From the NCBI GenBank assembly GCA_038142325.1, contig JAYQJW010000002.1:416001-480000 (forward strand): 64,000 nt of DNA, written 5' to 3'. Below the pieces are notes generated by a model. It saw only the letters and a list, made by a program, of their open reading frames with translations. It was not told the origin of the DNA and made no database searches. The DNA comes from Gammaproteobacteria bacterium (lineage in GTDB: Bacteria > Pseudomonadota > Gammaproteobacteria > GCA-002705445 > GCA-002716945). Made by a program: the position numbers and the translations under genes. Every line of letters begins with the position of its first letter. Within the stretch, counting starts at the first letter, position 1. Positions 8,781 to 21,174 of this stretch are shown here, piece after piece.

Positions 8781-10185
8781 ATTAAAACAATATAAAAATT
8801 TTATCTTATGCAACACACGGCATGACAAGTATTTATCAAATAGATTTTGTATTAATTCTAAGTATTTGAGAGAGAATCAGGTATTTATATCACTTGAGAA
8901 AAACATCAAAAAAAATTTTTCTAATATAAAAGATGCTATAAAAAAAGGCGCAAGTGGATTTATCACTCCATTTATTTACTCACGGAAAATACTTAATAAA
9001 CCGGTTCCTTATTTAGTATCAAAAGATATCTTCAGTACATATAGTAAGTTGTTTAAATATGATTTATTAAAAATTAAGCAATTACCTTGCCTTATTGGAG
9101 TTACTGGGACTAATGGAAAGACTTCTACGTCATTACTACTTGCAGATTCACTAACAATACAGAATAAAAAAGTAGGATTAATTTCAAGTGAGGGTGTCGG
9201 CATATACCCTAATACTTTGCAAAATGATTATACAACACCACCAATTGATATAATTTACAAAAATATAATTAATTTTTCATTGAAGAAATGTGATTACATT
9301 ATCATTGAGTGTTCATCACAAGGGTTACATCAAGGAAGATTAGACGGTATATATTTTGATTATTCAGTAATAACAAATATTGATAAAGATCATATTGATT
9401 ATCATAAAACTCTAAGGGATTACATTCATTCAAAGTTAAATATAATTAATCAGAGCATAAAAGTAGTATTGAATCATGATTGTATAAATTTAAAAAAAAT
9501 TGATAATTCCCAATATAAATGTAAACAAAAGTATTACATCTCAAAAAATCCAATAAACAAAAAAAATTTTATAGATACAGATATCTTAGGATCATTTCAT
9601 AAAACAAAAATGAATCCTTTTAATAAGTATTCGATAAAATTAATAATCGCATTAATGAAGCTAGAGAATTTCAGTATTGATGAAATATTAGAATCTATAT
9701 CCAGATTGAGACCACTAAAAGGTAGAAGACATATTATATCTACAAAACACAATGGCATATTTTTAATAGATTATGCACATACTGAACAAGCTTATAAAAA
9801 TATATTTTATGATTTTTGTAAAAATAAAAAAGTTCGTACTTTATTTGGATGTGGCGGTGACAGAGATACTTCTAAAAGAAAGTTAACTGCAAAGATTGTT
9901 GATAAATTCTCATCAGAAATAATAATGACAGAAGATAACTCTAGAACCGAAAAATTTTCTGTTATCAAAAAAGATATTATTTCTGGCATCGTACATAAAA
10001 ATAGAGTCAGGGTTATTGAAAACAGGAAAAAAGCAATAAAATATCTTTTTGAAACCTCAACCAAAAACGAATTAAATTTAATACTAGGTAAAGGTAATGA
10101 AAACTTTATTCTAAAAAATAACAGAAAAATAAAGCATAATGATATTGATTATTTAGAGGGTCTAATAAGTAAGAATGGAAGTTAA
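8764..10185 (+). CDS. murE: UDP-MurNAc-tripeptide synthetase
   Basis: GVTGTNGKTS, TTP, ECSSQGL, DHIDYH, DYAH, FGCGGDRD, DNSR, GKG. Confidence 0.93.
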   Translation: MQAQDKLKQYKNFILCNTRHDKYLSNRFCINSKYLRENQVFISLEKNIKKNFSNIKDAIKKGASGFITPFIYSRKILNKPVPYLVSKDIFSTYSKLFKYDLLKIKQLPCLIGVTGTNGKTSTSLLLADSLTIQNKKVGLISSEGVGIYPNTLQNDYTTPPIDIIYKNIINFSLKKCDYIIIECSSQGLHQGRLDGIYFDYSVITNIDKDHIDYHKTLRDYIHSKLNIINQSIKVVLNHDCINLKKIDNSQYKCKQKYYISKNPINKKNFIDTDILGSFHKTKMNPFNKYSIKLIIALMKLENFSIDEILESISRLRPLKGRRHIISTKHNGIFLIDYAHTEQAYKNIFYDFCKNKKVRTLFGCGGDRDTSKRKLTAKIVDKFSSEIIMTEDNSRTEKFSVIKKDIISGIVHKNRVRVIENRKKAIKYLFETSTKNELNLILGKGNENFILKNNRKIKHNDIDYLEGLISKNGS

Positions 10186-11511
10186 ATTGACAAATATATC
10201 AAAATTTCTATCTTCAAGTTTATATGGAGAAGATGCTTTTATTAATAACATTAGTATTGATAGCAGAGATGTTAAAAAAGGTGATCTATTCATTGCTATT
10301 AAGGGAGATAATTTTGACGGGCATGATTTTATAGATGAATCAATAAAAAATGGCGCATCAGCAATTGTTTGCAATAAATCAGCAACAAAAAGAGTGCGGC
10401 AACATACCTCATATTATTTGTGATGATACTATTGACGCATTGGGTGTAATTGCATGCAACCTAAAAAAAACTATGGGGCAACCATTTACAATTGGAGTTA
10501 CTGGCACAAATGGAAAAACATCAGTAACAAAGCTTACTGCCGAAATATTAAAACAATCATTCAATGTAAGCACTACCATTGGAAATTTTAATAATGATAT
10601 TGGATTACCATTATCAATTTTTAAGGCATTTAATAACGAAACTGATAAATGTGTTTATGAGTTAGGAGCAAGTAAAAAAAATGATATTTCTCAACTAGTT
10701 AATATATGCGAGCCTGATATGACGACATTATTAAATGTTTCAGAAGCTCATATGCAATCTTTTGGAAATATGGAAAATCTTATTTCTACAAAAGAGGAAA
10801 TTTTTTCTCATCCAAGAACCAATCAAGTAATCTTAAATAAAGATGACTTATATTATTCTAAGTGGGCTAGACTCAATAATGATAAAAAAATTACCACAAT
10901 TTCAGCTAAAGAAAATGCGGACTATATGATCAAATATAATAATGAGACTGGATTGTTATTTCACAACTGTTAAAGGAGATTTCAGTATTGATAAAAAATA
11001 TACTACTGGCCATCTCCCTATCAATATGTTGTTTAGCGTTTCATTAGCAATGGAAGCTGGAGCAAATATCGAGGATGTTCAAAATGGCTTGCAATCATTT
11101 AAAGGAGTAAAAGGTAGGTTTTACAAATTTATATCAAAAAATAAATCCACTGTAATTGATGATTCTTATAATGCGAATCCTATGTCCATGAAATCGTCTA
11201 TTAAGCAACTTGAGATTTTTAGTAAAGATAAAATATTTATTATGGGAGATATGGGAGAGCTAGGTGATGCAGCTCTTGAGCATCATATAGAAATTTTTCG
11301 TTTTGCAAAGGATTCAGGTATAAAATATTTACTATACATGGGTAATTATAAATCTGAAGCTAAGTCAATATTTGGAAAACGCTGTTATACTTATAGCGAT
11401 ATGAGTGATTTAATAAATCATGCAAAACAGTTATCTAATAGTGATAGTGTAATTTTGATTAAAGCATCAAGATTTATGAGTTTTGATTTAATAGCTGAAG
11501 GTTTGAAATAG
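10175..11511 (+). CDS. murF: UDP-MurNAc-pentapeptide synthetase (two frameshifts, near 10390 and 10950)
   Basis: IDSR...FDGHDF; TGTNGKTS, GNFNNDIGLP; IDDSYNANP, GDMGELG, KASR across three ORFs. Confidence 0.93.
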
Positions 11512-11514
11512 ACA

Positions 11515-12600
11515 ATGCTTCTAAATTTTTTCGAATATCTATCTCAATTCAATTCAGGTTTTAATGTATTTCAATATCTGACACTCAGAATTGTAATGGG
11601 TGCATTGACATCACTTCTCATCTCATTAATCCTTGGTCCGTATATTATTTCTTTTTTAAGAAGTAAACAATTTTATCAGTCTATAAGAGAGGATGGTCCA
11701 CAAAATCACCTCAGTGATAAGAATACAACTCCTACTATGGGAGGTATTATAATAATATTTAGCGTTGTTATCTCGACTATACTTTGGTCTGATTTAGGGA
11801 ATCAATATGTTCTTATACTTCTATTTGGGATTTTAAGTTTTGGACTGATAGGCTTCTATGATGATTATAAGAAACTAATAAAAAAAAACAGCGATGGCAT
11901 TAAAGGAAGATTTAAACTTTTATTTCAAATAATTTCTGCATCACTGATTACTATTTACTTATTCATATACATGGATACTGGTCAAATTAGTTCTGTGATG
12001 CCTTTTTTAAAAGATAATAGCTTTCAACTTGGTATTTTATTTATACCTTGGTCTATATTTATTTTGGTAGGTTCATCAAATGCTGTAAATCTGACAGATG
12101 GCCTAGACGGACTTGCTATTTTACCTTGTATACTAATCGCATCTGCATTTGTTATTTTTTCTTATGTTCATGGAAATGTAAATATATCTGAATATTTATT
12201 GATACCTTATATTGAGGGTTCTGGAGAATTAGCAATATTTTCAGCTTCATTAGTTGGAGCTGGTCTCGGTTTCCTTTGGTTTAATTCATATCCTGCCGAG
12301 ATATTTATGGGCGATTGTGGGTCTTTATCACTTGGCAGCTCTCTAGGCTTATTAGCTATTATCTTAAAACAGGAACTTGCATTTGCGATCATGAGCGGAA
12401 TTTTTATTGCAGAAGTTTTGTCGGTAATCCTTCAAGTATCATCATATAAATTACGAAATGGAAAAAGAATCTTTAAGATGGCTCCTCTTCATCATCATTA
12501 TGAGCTCTCAGGCTTGTCAGAGCCTAAAATCATTATGAGATTTTGGATAATTACATTCGTTCTCGTTCTCATCGCATTATCTACTTTGAAGATTAGATGA
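11515..12600 (+). CDS. mraY: Phospho-MurNAc-pentapeptide transferase
   Basis: TPTMGG, DDY, NAVNLTDGLDGL, FMGD, APLHHHYE. Confidence 0.98.
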   Translation: MLLNFFEYLSQFNSGFNVFQYLTLRIVMGALTSLLISLILGPYIISFLRSKQFYQSIREDGPQNHLSDKNTTPTMGGIIIIFSVVISTILWSDLGNQYVLILLFGILSFGLIGFYDDYKKLIKKNSDGIKGRFKLLFQIISASLITIYLFIYMDTGQISSVMPFLKDNSFQLGILFIPWSIFILVGSSNAVNLTDGLDGLAILPCILIASAFVIFSYVHGNVNISEYLLIPYIEGSGELAIFSASLVGAGLGFLWFNSYPAEIFMGDCGSLSLGSSLGLLAIILKQELAFAIMSGIFIAEVLSVILQVSSYKLRNGKRIFKMAPLHHHYELSGLSEPKIIMRFWIITFVLVLIALSTLKIR

Positions 12601-13874
12601 ATATTTTTCAATCCTCTTTTTTAATATTAGGAAAAGGAACAACATTTAGACATTGCAGTGAATTTTTTAAAAAAAATGATGTAACTTATTCCTCATTAGT
12701 AACAGAGGATATTCTAGAAATAAAAGAAAATATTATTATTTTAAAGCATGGTGAAATTAACTTAAAAAATATTGATTATATTGTAATAAGTCCAGGAATT
12801 TCCTCTTCAAATCCGATTGTTAGACGTCTATTTACTATAAAGTCAAAAATAATTACTGACATAGAGATTCTTCAAAAACTATCATCATCGAAATTTATAT
12901 GTGTTACTGGAACTAATGGTAAAACCTCTACTGTAAACTTACTAGCTGATATTTTGAATGACAATGATATAAGCGCTATAGCATGTGGCAATAATGGGGT
13001 ATCAGTGTTTGACTCTCTAGAAAAACCATATGAATATGTCATTCTTGAGATATCGAGTTACCAGCTAGAGTATATAAATAAATTAAAATCATTTATTTCT
13101 ATAGTTCTAAACATATCAATGGATCATATTGATAGGCATAAATCTTTAACTAATTATATAAATTTGAAATTGAGAATTTTTAATAATTCAAAATTTCAGA
13201 TTATAAATAGCAAGCTAAAAAAATATTATCATTGCCAGACATTTGAAATTAAAAAAAATAAATTTTTAATAGATAATACTGCATTAGATAATCTATTTAT
13301 CAATGAAGATAATATGATAGTTTTTGAAGATGAAAAATATGCTATTTCTGGTAGGCATGAAGCATTAAATTTATGTGCGTGTATACCAATATTAAAAAAG
13401 CTAAATTTTTCTATAACTAAAATTATCGAATCCTTTTCAAAACGTAATTTTTTACAACATAGAGTTGAAGAAATTTGTACATATAAAGGAGTAAAATTCA
13501 TCAATGATTCAAAATCTACAAATGCAGATTCTACATTGAATGCTCTTAATTCAGTAAAAGAAAATATTATTTTAATTATGGGTGGGGATGATAAAAAAAT
13601 ATCATATGAGAGCTTAATAGATATCATTAATGAAAAAGTAAAATCTCTTGTGATTATTGGTGAGAATAAAACTTTAATTAATGACTTAGATGTAAAGGTT
13701 AAAAAGTCTTACATAGAAAATCTAGAGGATGCAATATCTTATATTTTATCCAATGTAGTTTCAGGTGATACTGTACTCATGTCACCTGGAACATCTAGTT
13801 TTTATCATTACTCTGACTACATGGAAAGAGGCGAGCATTTTAAATCATTAGTTAAGAAACATGCTAATCAATAA
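12597..13874 (+). CDS. murD: UDP-MurNAc-L-Ala:D-Glu ligase
   Basis: SPGI, TGTNGKTS, EISSYQL, DHIDRH, HRVE, NDSKSTN, ERGEHF. Confidence 0.95.
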   Translation: MNIFQSSFLILGKGTTFRHCSEFFKKNDVTYSSLVTEDILEIKENIIILKHGEINLKNIDYIVISPGISSSNPIVRRLFTIKSKIITDIEILQKLSSSKFICVTGTNGKTSTVNLLADILNDNDISAIACGNNGVSVFDSLEKPYEYVILEISSYQLEYINKLKSFISIVLNISMDHIDRHKSLTNYINLKLRIFNNSKFQIINSKLKKYYHCQTFEIKKNKFLIDNTALDNLFINEDNMIVFEDEKYAISGRHEALNLCACIPILKKLNFSITKIIESFSKRNFLQHRVEEICTYKGVKFINDSKSTNADSTLNALNSVKENIILIMGGDDKKISYESLIDIINEKVKSLVIIGENKTLINDLDVKVKKSYIENLEDAISYILSNVVSGDTVLMSPGTSSFYHYSDYMERGEHFKSLVKKHANQ

Positions 13875-15008
13875 AATAAAAAATACTTTCGACTTCTTTG
13901 ACAGTAGAGGGCTAGATAATATCTTTTTAATATGTATTACAAGTCTTCTTCTAATTGGTTTGGTGATGATAACCTCATCCACGGCTGATTTTGCTGCAAG
14001 AAAATTTTCTAATCCACTTTTCTTTTTTAATAAACATTTAATTTTTATAATGTTGGGCTTAATAGTCTTGTATTTTGTATCAAGAATCAAAATGAAACTA
14101 TATTACGATTATGGTCAGTTCTTCTTTTACTATCAATCTTTCTATCTTTATTAGTTCACATACCAGGCATCGGTTTAACAGTAAATGGCGCAACAAGATG
14201 GATAAATCTTGGGATATTTACATTACAAATATCAGAAATCTCAAGACTATTCTTTTTTATTTGGTTGTCTGGTTTCATTGTTAGAAATGATTTTAATAAA
14301 AACTCTCTTAAAATATTCATTTTTTTAACTATTTTAATGATGGTAATTGTTTCCCAAAGGGATTTCGGCAGTATGATATTGTTATTTATGTCATTTATAG
14401 TGTTTGCTTTTCTCAGCAACTTAAAAATATCCCACCTTTTCAAATTACTTGCTTTCACTGCTATACCTATTTTTTTATTAATTTTTTTATATCCTTATAG
14501 AATTCAAAGATTACTTGCATTTATAGATCCATGGAGTGACCCTCAAGGGGGTGGCTATCAAATAATTGCCTCTCAAATTGCGCTATCTTCAGGAGGACTC
14601 TTTGGACAGGGACTAGGGTCTAGTATGCAAAAATTATTTTATCTTCCAGAGCAGTATAATGACTTTATACTCGCTATAATTGGAGAAGAATTAGGCTTCA
14701 GTTTCTTATTAATATTATTAGTCTTGTATGTTATTTTGTTTACAAGAATATTTACTTTTTATAAAAGAACGTTGAATATATCTCAATTTTCATCAAATAT
14801 TATTTTATCTATTTTTCTTTTAATTATTATGCAAACTACAATTCATGTTTTAGTAAATATAGGATTATTTCCTACCAAAGGCATGGGGTTACCATTTATA
14901 AGTTATGGAGGTACGAATTTACTTCTTATGTTTACATATATTGGAATCTTGATAAGAATTCAAATAGAAAATAAACAGAACATTAGTCAAGCTGTTCAGA
15001 ATAACTAA
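13861..15008 (+). CDS. ftsW: SEDS peptidoglycan polymerase FtsW (frameshift near 14120)
   Basis: VNGATRWI (manual), DFG, DPW, GYQ, GQGLG, YLPE, IIGEELG, PTKG, LPFISYGG. Confidence 0.95.
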
Positions 15009-15010
15009 AA

Positions 15011-16102
15011 ATGAAAAAAAGTATATTAATTGTTGCTAGTGGTACAGGTGGACATGTGGTTCCTGCAATTAACGTATCAGAAAAATTATTGAATCATAAG
15101 CTACAAATTATATGGATTGGTACTAAGAATGGAATTGAAAATAAGATAGTAAAAAGAAAAGATATAACTATAAAGCATATTAAGTCATCAGGCATAAGAG
15201 GTAAAAACATCATTGATACTATAAGAGGTTTATTTAATCTTATTCAATCATTTTTTCAAAGCCTAGTTATCATTCACAAGGAGAAGCCTCTTTTTATTCT
15301 TGGATTTGGTGGCTATATTAGTGTGCCAGTATCTTTTGCTGGTTTTGTGATGAGAGTACCAGTTTATGTTCATGAATCAAATTCAATAGCAGGCACCGCA
15401 AATAAACTAAATAACAAAATATCCAGAAATACATTTCAAACCTTCCCTAAAACGTTTCCATCAAGTAACAAAATAATTCTCTCAGGAAATCCTATTAAAA
15501 GCAGTTTTGATAATATCGAAAAACCTGAGCTTAAGTATGCGATGAAAAAAAATAAGATTAATATACTCATTTTTGGTGGCAGTCAAGGATCTAAATTTTT
15601 TAATGAAGTAATTCCATTCTGCTTATCTGATGATAAAGATTTGTTTTCTGTAAAGCATATATCAGGTGCTAATAACTTGGAAATAGTTAAGAATAGCTAC
15701 AAAAAAAATAATCTATCTGCGGAGGTTATTGAGTTTTCAAATCAGATGGATGAGATGTACAATTGGGCAGATATTGTGATATCTAGGTCTGGATCAATGA
15801 CTGTAACTGAGATATCACACTCTGGAAGAGCATCTATTCTTGTCCCTTTTTTGTATGCAACAGATAACCATCAATATCATAATGCCAAATATTTAGTTGA
15901 GAAGAGTGCAGCTATCCTTATTGAAGAAAATAAAAATTTTTCGAAAAACCTTAAATCCTCACTAAAGCATCTATACTCTAACCAGAAGAATCTATTAAAA
16001 ATCGCAATAAATGCCAAAAATCTTTTTCCTAATGATTCAGGTGATATAATCATAAAAAATATTCCTGAACTAGATGAAAAACTCAATAACGCAACATCTT
16101 AA
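15011..16102 (+). CDS. murG: Lipid II GlcNAc transferase
   Basis: GTGGHV, GFGGY, HESN, GNP, GGSQG, RSG, HQYHNA. Confidence 0.97.
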   Translation: MKKSILIVASGTGGHVVPAINVSEKLLNHKLQIIWIGTKNGIENKIVKRKDITIKHIKSSGIRGKNIIDTIRGLFNLIQSFFQSLVIIHKEKPLFILGFGGYISVPVSFAGFVMRVPVYVHESNSIAGTANKLNNKISRNTFQTFPKTFPSSNKIILSGNPIKSSFDNIEKPELKYAMKKNKINILIFGGSQGSKFFNEVIPFCLSDDKDLFSVKHISGANNLEIVKNSYKKNNLSAEVIEFSNQMDEMYNWADIVISRSGSMTVTEISHSGRASILVPFLYATDNHQYHNAKYLVEKSAAILIEENKNFSKNLKSSLKHLYSNQKNLLKIAINAKNLFPNDSGDIIIKNIPELDEKLNNATS

Positions 16103-17465
16103 AAATAAATCATTTTTTCTGATTGGTATTGGAGGCGCAGGTATGATGGGTATTGCTGAGTTACTTCATAATATGGGTTTTTCTGTCAGAGGCTCCGATA
16201 TTAAAATCAATACTGCAATTACTAGATTACGTGAGCGAAAAGTCAAAATATTTATCGGGCATGATCCAAAAAATATTAAAACTAATGACATTGTTGTACA
16301 TTCGAATGCAATTAGTAAGAACAATGTCGAGCTTAAGCACTCTATTAAGTCCGGCCTGACTGTTCTAGCTAGAATGGAGATACTTGCTGAACTAATGAGA
16401 TTAAAGTATGGAATATCCATTACTGGCTCTCATGGCAAAACAACTACAACAAGCTTGTTAAGTCATATAATGTATTCAAATAATCTTGACCCAACATATC
16501 TAATTGGAGGTAAACTTAAAACAGATGACCCTCATGTTAATCTGGGGAAAAGTCATTATCTAGTGACAGAGACCGATGAAAGTGATCCAACTTTTTCATT
16601 ACTACAACCTCATCTTGTTGTGCTAACTAATTTAGATAAAGAACATCTTGAAAACTACAACAATAATTATACAAACCTAGAGAGATCTGTTCTAAAACAC
16701 ATAAACTCTATTCCTTTTTATGGAAAAGTATTCTTGAATGGTGATGATAAAAACTCAAACAAATTATTCAAACATATAAACAGAGAGATATTTAGTTATG
16801 GATTTACTAAAAATAATGACTTGAGAGCTAAGTCAATTATGTACACAAATACATATATGATGTTTGATGTTCATTATGATAATCATGTTTACCCAGTTCA
16901 AACCAATCTTTTTGGTAAGCACAACATTTATAATATTCTTGCTGCAGTTTCAGTAGCTATACATCTAGGTATAGATACACGTAAAGCTCTGAAATCCCTC
17001 AAGACATTTTATGGAGCTAGCAGAAGATTCGATATTTATGATAATTTAAATATTAAAAACTCTAAACCTACGATAATAGATGATTATGGACATCATCCAA
17101 CTGAAATTCAGTCAACAATTAAAACAATTAAGGAAATTTATCCTAAAAGAAAAATAGTTATGGTGTTTCAACCTCATAGATACTCTAGAACAAAACTTCA
17201 CTGGAAATTATTCTCAGAAATATTGTCATCATTAGATGTAGTGCTATTGCTACCAACGTATTCAGCAGGAGAAAAGAATAACTCATATGATTCAGAATAT
17301 TTGTTTAAGAAAATCAGAAATAGAAATAAGGTTTATGTTAAATCTATAAAAAACATAATTCCTGAGTTAAATAAATTAAATCTTGAAAATTGTGTTGTTG
17401 TACTTCAGGGAGCAGGTGATATAAGAGAAATTCTTAATTTAATAAAAGCAAATGCAGACATATAA
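16074..17465 (+). CDS. murC: UDP-MurNAc:L-Ala ligase
   Basis: IGIGGAGM, GSHGKTTT, ETDESD, DDYGHHPTE, FQPHRYSR, GAGDI. Confidence 0.97.
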   Translation: MKNSITQHLKNKSFFLIGIGGAGMMGIAELLHNMGFSVRGSDIKINTAITRLRERKVKIFIGHDPKNIKTNDIVVHSNAISKNNVELKHSIKSGLTVLARMEILAELMRLKYGISITGSHGKTTTTSLLSHIMYSNNLDPTYLIGGKLKTDDPHVNLGKSHYLVTETDESDPTFSLLQPHLVVLTNLDKEHLENYNNNYTNLERSVLKHINSIPFYGKVFLNGDDKNSNKLFKHINREIFSYGFTKNNDLRAKSIMYTNTYMMFDVHYDNHVYPVQTNLFGKHNIYNILAAVSVAIHLGIDTRKALKSLKTFYGASRRFDIYDNLNIKNSKPTIIDDYGHHPTEIQSTIKTIKEIYPKRKIVMVFQPHRYSRTKLHWKLFSEILSSLDVVLLLPTYSAGEKNNSYDSEYLFKKIRNRNKVYVKSIKNIIPELNKLNLENCVVVLQGAGDIREILNLIKANADI

Positions 17466-18289
17466 AAATTATCCTTTAAAAAAGATAAGCACCATAGGTC
17501 TTGGGGGTACTTGTCGTGAATTCTGTTGTCCTGAGAATACTGAAGAGCTGACTAATATACTTCATAATAACAGTGTTCTAAGCATTGGTAATGGGTCTAA
17601 TGTATGTTTTGTGACAGATTATTATGACGGTATAATTTTGAGTTTAAAAAAAATGAGCAAGTATCTTTCTCATGATGAAGAGTATATTTCATGTTCTAGT
17701 AATATATCTTGTACTAAACTAGCGAGATATTTATATAATCATCAAATATCAGGTTATGAATTTCTCTATGGTATTCCCGGAACCTTAGGAGGAGCAGTTT
17801 TTATGAATGCAGGTGCTTTTGAAAAAGAAATATTAAATAATATTCATAGTATTGATTTATTAGATAAAGACGGAAGATTGCAAACACTATTTAAAAAAGA
17901 TATTCAATATACATACAGGAACTCAGGCATTGATCCCAAAGCGGTTATTATTTCTATCAAGTTACATAATCCCAAAATTAAATTCGATAGCTCTATGATT
18001 AATAATCTTGATTATAAAAGAAAAGCTACTCAGCCTGTAAATCAATTATCATGTGGTTGTATTTTTAAAAACCCTACCAATGATTTCGCATCTGAACTGA
18101 TTGAATCTGCCAACTTGAAAGGTAAAAGGATAGGTGGAATATATGTCTCAAAGAAACATTCAAATTATTTTATCAATGACGGCACAGGCACTCATTGGGA
18201 TTTTCTAAACCTTCTTGATTATGTAAAACACAATAGTTTCCTTAACACATAATGTTGATTTAAAAGAAGAGGTGATTTTAATAAAATGA
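17452..18289 (+). CDS. murB: UDP-N-acetylenolpyruvoylglucosamine reductase (frameshift near 18235)
   Basis: GNGSN, GIPGTLGGAVFMNAGA, YR, GCIFKNP, KHSN; terminal LKEEV in shifted frame with ATGA overlap to ddl. Confidence 0.93.
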
Positions 18290-19192
18290 TAAACCTTGAT
18301 TCTAAGATATGTATTCTTGGTGGAGGCTGGTCTAATGAGAGAGAAATATCACTTAAAAGTTCCAATGATGTATTCCAATCCCTAAAGACCAATAATCATA
18401 ATGTTATCTTCTATGACATGGTAAATGACAGTTTTGATGATTTAAAAATGTTTTTAAAAAATCAATCTATTGATATTGTATTTAACCTCATGCATGGCGA
18501 AGGCGGTGAGGATGGAAAAGTTCAAAGCTATCTTGATAAATTAAACATAAAGTATTGTGGATCTGACTCTAAATCTTCAGCAATATCATTCAATAAATAT
18601 CTTACAAAAAGCATCTGGATTAAAAATAATCTGCTAACACCAGAATTTTTAATCTATGATAAACAGAGCTATGAATATTTAATTGAAAAGTTTGGGTCCA
18701 TCCTTTTTTATAAAAGATACTTGTTCAGGTTCGAGTAATAATATTTTTCTAATTCAAAATATTGAAGATTTTAATAAATTTTCAAATAATAGTAGTAATA
18801 GACAGTTCATGATAGAGAAAAAAATCCATGCTCAAGAATACACAGCTGCAATTATAAATAAAAAAGTTTTACCTATAATTGAAATAGAGCCATCTAATAA
18901 CTTTTATGACTTTGATGCAAAATATAAATCAGATAAAACTAGATTTTCATTTCCTAATCTTAATAAAAATGTAATTAGAGATATACATGACTCTGTTTTG
19001 AAAGCATTTAATTGTTTAGGTTGCCATACTTGGGCCCGAGTAGACTTTTTCGTTGACAATAACAAACCTGTTCTACTTGAAATTAATACTATTCCTGGAA
19101 TGACTGATCACAGTCTTGTACCTAAGGCTGCCAAAGAGAGCGGCTTAAGCTATTATCAGTTAATTATAGAAATATTAGGTATCAATGCCTAA
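18286..19192 (+). CDS. ddl: D-alanine-D-alanine ligase (frameshift near 18690)
   Basis: GGWSNEREISLKS, HGEGGEDG, FYDFDAKY, RVDF, EINTIPGMT. Confidence 0.95.
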
Positions 19193-19835
19193 GCTTTTAT
19201 TTACTTTATTAATATTAATATCAATACCTATCTTATTTTTTTATGGTAAAAATAATTTCATATATCCAATTGATGAAATCGATGTAATAGCGCAAGAATC
19301 GAATTATGATTATGAAAAGATTAATGCTGTTATTTCAACTCTTCAAGGTGAAAATTTATTATCTGTAGATATTAATGAATTAAGAAAGTCCATTATATCT
19401 GATGCTTGGATTAAAGATGTTGAAATCAAAAAATCATTTCCATCGAAACTATTAATCACTATTACACAGCATAAACCTCTAGCAGTATACAACTCTAAAA
19501 TTTTGACACTTGATGGGACTGTTATTGAAGATAATTTATCTAATATAGAACTTCCAATTATCACAGACAGCACTAACGATAGTTATCTATCTAGAGCTAT
19601 TTTTGACTCATGTAAATCATATTTAGATAAAATTAAACTTAGCTTAACAAAAATTGAAATACATAACTCTTTGATAAAAATCTATACAGATTCATTACTT
19701 ATAATATCAGATAGAGAAAATCTGAATCGAAACTTAGACAGATTGATAATTTCATTCGATAAACTTAAGCTTGTTTTTAAGCAAGAAATTAAGTCAATTG
19801 ATATGAGATATTCTAATGGTTTTGCTATCAAATAA
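19185..19835 (+). CDS. ftsQ: Cell division protein FtsQ
   Basis: TM plus POTRA (WIKDVEIKKSFP) and C-terminal IDMRYSNGFA. Confidence 0.9.
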   Translation: MPKLLFTLLILISIPILFFYGKNNFIYPIDEIDVIAQESNYDYEKINAVISTLQGENLLSVDINELRKSIISDAWIKDVEIKKSFPSKLLITITQHKPLAVYNSKILTLDGTVIEDNLSNIELPIITDSTNDSYLSRAIFDSCKSYLDKIKLSLTKIEIHNSLIKIYTDSLLIISDRENLNRNLDRLIISFDKLKLVFKQEIKSIDMRYSNGFAIK

Positions 19836-19863
19836 TTACTGAAATGAGATATAATATCGTTAC

Positions 19864-21109
19864 ATGGCAAACGTTAAAAGCACTGATACTCTTGTTTCAT
19901 TGGACATTGGAACCTCCAAAGTTTTATGTTTAGTAGCAGATATAGATGACAAAGGTGAGTTAAGAATCGTAGGTATAGGTAGTGAACCATGCTCTGGCTT
20001 AAATAAAGGCATAATTTCAGATATTGACACTACTGTATCAAGTATTCGAAGAGCTAAAGATAAAGCTAGCTTGATGTCTAATTGTAATATTCAGTCTGTT
20101 ACCACTGGAATTGCCGGTAACCATATTCAAAGTTATAATGGAAATGGAGCTGTTAACATACTTAATGATGAAGTGACTGAAGATGATAAACAAAAAGTTC
20201 TAACTAACGCTCAAAATATTCAAATACCAAAAGATCAAGAAATTCTCCATGCTATTGAGCAGCACTTCACAATTGATGGACAATCAGGTATCAGAGAGCC
20301 ATTAGGGATGGCTGGATCAAGGCTTGAGGCGAATGTCCACATAATAACAACATCATCTACTGCTAAAAAAAATTTGACAAAATGTATTAACAATAGTCTT
20401 TTAGAAATTAATGATTATGTTCTTCAGCCTGTTGCATCATCTGAAGCGGTATTGTCAGATGAAGAGCGTGACTTAGGTGTTTGCCTTGTTGATATTGGAT
20501 GTGGCACAACAGATATTGCAATTTTTACTGATGGAACCATAAAACATTCTGCTGTAATTCCTATTGCTAGCCAGATGATAACAAAAGATATTAGAATTAT
20601 TCTTAGTACATCACTAGAAGCTGCTGAAGAGATGAAAATTCAATTTGGTTCTGTTGCTCCTGATGTTGATACAGACATAAAAATACCTGTACCATCAGTG
20701 TCAGATAAGCCTGATACTGAAACTACAAAAACAATACTATCTCAAATAATAACTGCTAGGGTTAATGAAATCCTGGATGCGATCCAAAAGGAGATTAACA
20801 ATAGTGGCTATTCAAATAGTATAAGAGCAGGATTAGTTTTCACAGGTGGAGGATCTAAACTTGAGGGGTTAGACAGTTTTCGCTGAATCATTTTTCCAAA
20901 AACCGTCTAGAATTGGATCACCTAGACACATTAAAGGGCTCGAAGACTTAAGAGGTAAAACAAGATATGCGACTGCTGTAGGACTCTTATTGCACAGATA
21001 CAAAGAGCTTACATCAAACAAGACCTCAATCAAAAATACATCTAAATTAGGCTCTATGCTAGATAAGTATGCAAAGAAAATCTCAGACTATTTCCAAAAG
21101 GAACTTTAA
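19864..21109 (+). CDS. ftsA: Cell division protein FtsA (frameshift near 20880)
   Basis: LDIGTSKV, PLGMAG, VDIGCGTT, TGGGSKL; shifted frame gives YATAVGLL and amphipathic tail KKISDYFQKEL. Confidence 0.96.
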
Positions 21110-21138
21110 CTCTTTTTTGATGTCTAATATTAATATAT

Positions 21139-21167
21139 TTGTAACAATTACAACACTTTGGTAGAAT
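21139..21167 (+). promoter_or_regulatory. sigma70-like lpxC promoter, leaderless geometry
   Basis: TTGTAA (21139-21144), 17 nt spacer ending TGG, TAGAAT (21162-21167), 7 nt before ATG. Confidence 0.65.
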
Positions 21168-21174
21168 TTGTCAT

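Noticed and set aside
21096-21118. Possible terminator after ftsA (AAAAGG...CTTTTTT)
   Set aside because: Stem is almost all A-U with a large loop; too weak to call
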